Positions 26,123 through 29,640 of a stretch of 29,640 nucleotides of DNA are shown here, piece after piece. A program made the translations under genes and the position numbers. Origin of the DNA: Candidatus Auribacterota bacterium (lineage in GTDB: Bacteria > Auribacterota > UBA6266); assembly GCA_023136205.1 (NCBI GenBank), contig JAGLRQ010000004.1, forward strand, positions 1 to 29,640, read 5' to 3'. How positions within the stretch are numbered: position 1 is the first letter of the stretch; every line of letters starts with the position of its first letter. Below the pieces are notes generated by a model. The model was not told where the DNA came from. It saw only the letters and a program-made list of their open reading frames with translations, and searched no databases.

Positions 26123-27247
26123 TTCTTTTTTAAATTCCGTAATCTTTTCTTCCACAAATCTTCTAAACTCTTTTACAAATCTTTCGCGGTTAAATCGTTC
26201 GGCATTTTCTCTTATTAAAACCGGATTGAACAATTTTCTCTTTTCCTCAAAAATCCGGACAGCATCGATAAGAGAATCCGCATCCTGAGAATAGAAAAAT
26301 ATTCCCGTAGGATTATCTTTTCCACAACTGTTTATATCCTTCACAGTTTCAAGCTGTCCGCCTTTCCCATAAGCAATAACAGGTTTCCCCGATGCCTGCG
26401 CTTCAACCGGAGTTATACCAAAATCTTCTTCCCCGGGAAAGATAAATGACCGGCATCTGCTGTAAAAATCGGCCAGCTTTTCATCACTCACCCAGCCAAC
26501 AAATTTTATGTTGGGTTTCGCCATTTTTCTAAGTTTCTTTTCATCCTGTCCTTTTCCTATCACAATAAGCGGCTTCCCAAGCCTGTTAAAAGCTTCTATT
26601 GCAATATCCACCCTTTTATATGGAGCAAAAGCGCTTACAATAAGGTAATAATCTTCCTCTCTTTTTGAATAAAACGCGTCAATATCAACAGGAGGATATA
26701 TTACCACAGCATCTCTCTCATATCTCGTCTTAATTCTCCGGGCAACATTCATGGAATTAGCTATAAAGTAAGAAACCCTGCCGGTAGTGCGTTTATCCCA
26801 TCTGTCGATAAAATCAAGCGCCGGTTTTAAAAGCGCATGCTTTACAGCTCCGGCTTTGCCTCTTTTAAAATATTGCTCAGACATATCAGAAACATACCGC
26901 ACCGGCGTATGACAGTAACATACATGAAGATTCCCTTTGCCAGGTATTGCTCCTTTTGCCGCACAGTGACTACTGCTTATTACTATTTCATAAGCGGACA
27001 GGTCAAAACTTTCAACTGCCTTAGGGAAAAATGGAAGATAATACCTGTAATATTTCTGAATACCCGGAAACTTCTGAACAAATGAAGTAATTATCTTATG
27101 TTTCTCAATTTTTTTTGAAACAGTTCCGGGTATGTGAATAAGTGTATAAATGTCCGCTTCCGGAAAAACATCGCATATTGATTCAAGACATTTTTCACCG
27201 CCTCTCATACCGGTCAACCAGTCATGTACAATTGCAACCTTTTTCAT
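26114..27247 (-). CDS. Family 4 (GT-B) glycosyltransferase
   Basis: 377 aa with N-terminal VAIVHDWLTGMRGGEK and the E-x7-E region EEDFGITPVEAQASGKPVIA. ATGA overlap with the upstream GT4. Confidence 0.85.
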   Translation of the reverse strand: MKKVAIVHDWLTGMRGGEKCLESICDVFPEADIYTLIHIPGTVSKKIEKHKIITSFVQKFPGIQKYYRYYLPFFPKAVESFDLSAYEIVISSSHCAAKGAIPGKGNLHVCYCHTPVRYVSDMSEQYFKRGKAGAVKHALLKPALDFIDRWDKRTTGRVSYFIANSMNVARRIKTRYERDAVVIYPPVDIDAFYSKREEDYYLIVSAFAPYKRVDIAIEAFNRLGKPLIVIGKGQDEKKLRKMAKPNIKFVGWVSDEKLADFYSRCRSFIFPGEEDFGITPVEAQASGKPVIAYGKGGQLETVKDINSCGKDNPTGIFFYSQDADSLIDAVRIFEEKRKLFNPVLIRENAERFNRERFVKEFRRFVEEKITEFKKEGY

Positions 27248-28347
27248 TGATCTGAAACTCTCCTGTAAAGATTTAACGTCTTTTCAGCCATCTTTTCCAG
27301 TGTAAAGGACTTGACTCTCTCTTGTCCCTTCTTAATAAGTTTCTGCCTAAGATCCCTGTTTTTCAACAGTTTTGCCATTATACAGGCAAAGCCCTCAAAA
27401 TCAGAGGAAGAAACCATAAGCCCGGCGTCACCAACTATCTCAGGCAATGAAGAGCTGTCTGCTGTAACCACAGGAACTCCAAGCGCCATCGCCTCCAGGG
27501 GCGGATATCCAAAACCTTCATAAAACGAAGGGAAAACAAGGAGTTCGGAAGCCTTATATGCCGAATATAAATCTTTCTCCTGCAAATTATTAAAACAGTA
27601 AGTTTTTCCTTTCAATAAAGGGAAATTTCTTTCTATAAATATTTTATCTACCCCTGATATTACCATGGCAAGATTATCAAAGCCCATGGCCTTAAGTTTC
27701 GAATAAGCTTTTACCGCGACAACAAGATTTTTATGAGGTTTTTCGTTCCCCACACACATAATATAATCTTCGCTTACACCAAATTTTTCTTTCATATAAG
27801 TCTTTGCCTGGCTAACAGCTTTTTTCTCTATAGTTTTAATATCCACCCCATTGAAAATCACTTCTACTTTAGTCGCGGGGAGTTTAAAAATCTTACAAAT
27901 ATCCACTTTAGAATTTTGAGAAACAGTAATAACCTTTTTCGCATTCTGAGCCGACTTACCGACAATATATTGGTAATAAAGCTTATGAAATAGTGTATAG
28001 TCCTGTGGGAATTTAACATGTATCAAATCATGGATTGTCATAATAAAAGGAACCTTTAGAAAAACCGGCGCGGAAAAAGTCGGTATATGATACAAATCCG
28101 GTGCCAGTTTTTCCAACACCCGCGGCATTAAAATTTGCTCCTTGATGGAATACATGGATATGTCAGTTTCAAAAAGTTCCATATTAGGAAAAGAAAAATC
28201 AATAATATGCCCCGGCCTGACTAAAACAACATATTGCGTTTCGCGGTCTATTTGCGCTAAAGCCTTTATGAGATTATAGGTATGCACCGCAATCCCATGA
28301 GTTTTAGTAGTAAGCATTCTTCCGTCTATAACAATTTTCATCTTCAC
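27244..28347 (-). CDS. Family 4 (GT-B) glycosyltransferase
   Basis: 367 aa with E-x7-E region YEGFGYPPLEAMALGVPVVT. The ORF track start is GTG 28347. ATG 28341, preceded by AGGTGA, is an equally plausible start. Confidence 0.85.
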   Translation of the reverse strand: MKMKIVIDGRMLTTKTHGIAVHTYNLIKALAQIDRETQYVVLVRPGHIIDFSFPNMELFETDISMYSIKEQILMPRVLEKLAPDLYHIPTFSAPVFLKVPFIMTIHDLIHVKFPQDYTLFHKLYYQYIVGKSAQNAKKVITVSQNSKVDICKIFKLPATKVEVIFNGVDIKTIEKKAVSQAKTYMKEKFGVSEDYIMCVGNEKPHKNLVVAVKAYSKLKAMGFDNLAMVISGVDKIFIERNFPLLKGKTYCFNNLQEKDLYSAYKASELLVFPSFYEGFGYPPLEAMALGVPVVTADSSSLPEIVGDAGLMVSSSDFEGFACIMAKLLKNRDLRQKLIKKGQERVKSFTLEKMAEKTLNLYRRVSDQ

Positions 28348-28392
28348 CTAAATACGTTCTACATAAATATTTAAAAAACTTTTTTTAATTTT

Positions 28393-28491
28393 GCCACAGA
28401 GACTCAGAGTTCACAGAACTATTTTAAAATATTTTATATATTATAATTCTTGTTTTTCTTTGTTTCTCCTGAGCCTCAGTGTCTCCGTGGC
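28393..28491. repeat. Intercistronic inverted repeat of 8-nt units with an AT-rich centre (GT9/GT4 spacer)
   Basis: Left arm CCACAGAG ACTCAGAG TTCACAGA (28394-28417). Right arm CTCCTGAG CCTCAGTG TCTCCGTG (28466-28489). The 11-bp terminal stem 28393-28403 / 28481-28491 has one A-C on the plus strand that is G-U on the minus (sense) transcript. The right arm ends 1 nt from the GT9 stop codon. Confidence 0.78.
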
Positions 28492-28492
28492 T

Positions 28493-29620
28493 TTATTTCT
28501 CTTCTATTATTTTCTTTATTTCCCCAAAAACCTCTTTTTCGGTGATAGATTCCATACACGGATGCCCTTTAACCCCGCACGTAAAAGAACAACATGGAGA
28601 ACACGAGGTATCTCTGTAAATAACCGTAATATTGCTGCCCTGAGGAGCCCATCTTGTAGGTAAATTTGCACCGCTAAAGATTATAACACTCGGGACTTTA
28701 AGCGCCGCGGCGATATGCGCCGGGCCTGAATCCGTCCCAACAAAAAAGGCCGCCTCACTTACCACTGCCCCAAGCTCCCCAAGTGTAGTTTTGCCGCCAA
28801 GATCGATAATATTTTCGGAAGAAGCCAGTGCTTTAAAAACACTGTCGGTTTCATCAGCACTTCCGATAAGAACAATCTGCTGAACCCCATCTTTCTGCAA
28901 TAATGATATAAGTTTTGCATATTTATAAGGATGCCATCTCTTCACGGGAGCACCGGAACCAGTATGCAAAACCCCATATTTCTTAAGCTTAAGGCCCAAT
29001 AATTCTGTTTTTTTCTTAAGCTCTTCTGAAACGAAGAACTCAGTATCTCTCAACAGATTAGAGCACCCAAGGCTTGAAGCAAGAGAAAGGTTAATATCTA
29101 TTTCATGCCCGCCGAATTTATATTCGGGAGATATATCCAAAAGAAATCCTCCGCCTGTAATTCCATAAGATGCAATTGCCCTTGCCTTTCCGAACTTCAA
29201 CATCAATATTTCCCTTAAATCTCCCCTTACGCTGATTCCAAGATCATATTGCTTAAGTTTTAAAAGTGAGGCAACTCCAAAAACAGAACCCCAGGAAGGC
29301 CGGGAAGTGCCCGTTTTTTCATAAAGTGTGGTTTTTACGACAAAAACATTGTTTATCCGGGGATTATTGCTTAAAGCCTCTTCACCCCATGGACTCACAT
29401 ATACATCAATTACCGAATCGGGAAATTTATCTCTCAACGATTTCAAAAAAGGTGTGGTATTTATAACATCGCCAATGTGGTCAAACCTTAAAACCGCAAT
29501 GTTTTTCGGATGGGATCCAAGTTTTTTCTTTTTCCAGCCGGGAAAATAAAGAATTCTCCCTAGAGTATCAACGATACCCATAAGAATCCTTAACCATAAT
29601 TTTTTGAATATGTATTTCAC
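28493..29620 (-). CDS. Family 9 glycosyltransferase (LPS heptosyltransferase-like)
   Basis: 375 aa with IAVLRFDHIGDVINTTPFLKSL, GSGAPVKRW, GTDSGPAHIAAALKVP and CSPCCSFTCGVKGHPCM. GTG start at 29620; Met-14 is an alternative start. Confidence 0.85.
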   Translation of the reverse strand: MKYIFKKLWLRILMGIVDTLGRILYFPGWKKKKLGSHPKNIAVLRFDHIGDVINTTPFLKSLRDKFPDSVIDVYVSPWGEEALSNNPRINNVFVVKTTLYEKTGTSRPSWGSVFGVASLLKLKQYDLGISVRGDLREILMLKFGKARAIASYGITGGGFLLDISPEYKFGGHEIDINLSLASSLGCSNLLRDTEFFVSEELKKKTELLGLKLKKYGVLHTGSGAPVKRWHPYKYAKLISLLQKDGVQQIVLIGSADETDSVFKALASSENIIDLGGKTTLGELGAVVSEAAFFVGTDSGPAHIAAALKVPSVIIFSGANLPTRWAPQGSNITVIYRDTSCSPCCSFTCGVKGHPCMESITEKEVFGEIKKIIEEK

Positions 29621-29640
29621 GTATAGATTAATCGTTTTTT

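Overview
AT-rich (by eye), almost fully coding chromosomal segment of a diderm, LPS-making bacterium. I cannot name the lineage from sequence alone. 28 of 30 CDS are on the minus strand. Left part: the conserved translation operon tRNA-Val > thrS-infC-rpmI-rplT-pheS-pheT (minus), divergent lptF-lptG (plus), then metK-ahcY (minus). Middle: a permease-less regulatory PTS cluster (hpf-hprK-EIIA(Man type)-ptsH-ptsI) joined directly to hldA-gmhB-kdsB-kdsA-kdsD-kdsC-lptC-lptA-lptB, with no rpoN or rapZ where Proteobacteria normally have them. Right part: an LPS core/glycan cluster (868-aa fusion protein, GT2, polyprenyl-phosphate sugar-phosphate transferase, two GT4, one GT9). Items worth a second look: (1) a mosaic family of low-complexity, stuttering repeat modules found only in intergenic spacers at six loci. 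Modules are shared between loci, and several spacers fold as long imperfect hairpins whose mismatches become G-U pairs only on the sense transcript. (2) A single 868-aa ORF fusing two tandem Kdo/WaaP-type LPS kinase domains to a GT9 heptosyltransferase. (3) A thrS leader with the SD 28 nt from the AUG and an intervening hairpin whose loop reads like a tRNA-Thr(GGU) anticodon loop. (4) A tRNA-Val(GAC) with C at the normally invariant U33. (5) infC with a probable AUC start. No CRISPR array, transposase, phage gene or rRNA was seen. All functional calls rest on hand translation and motif recognition, not on database searches.
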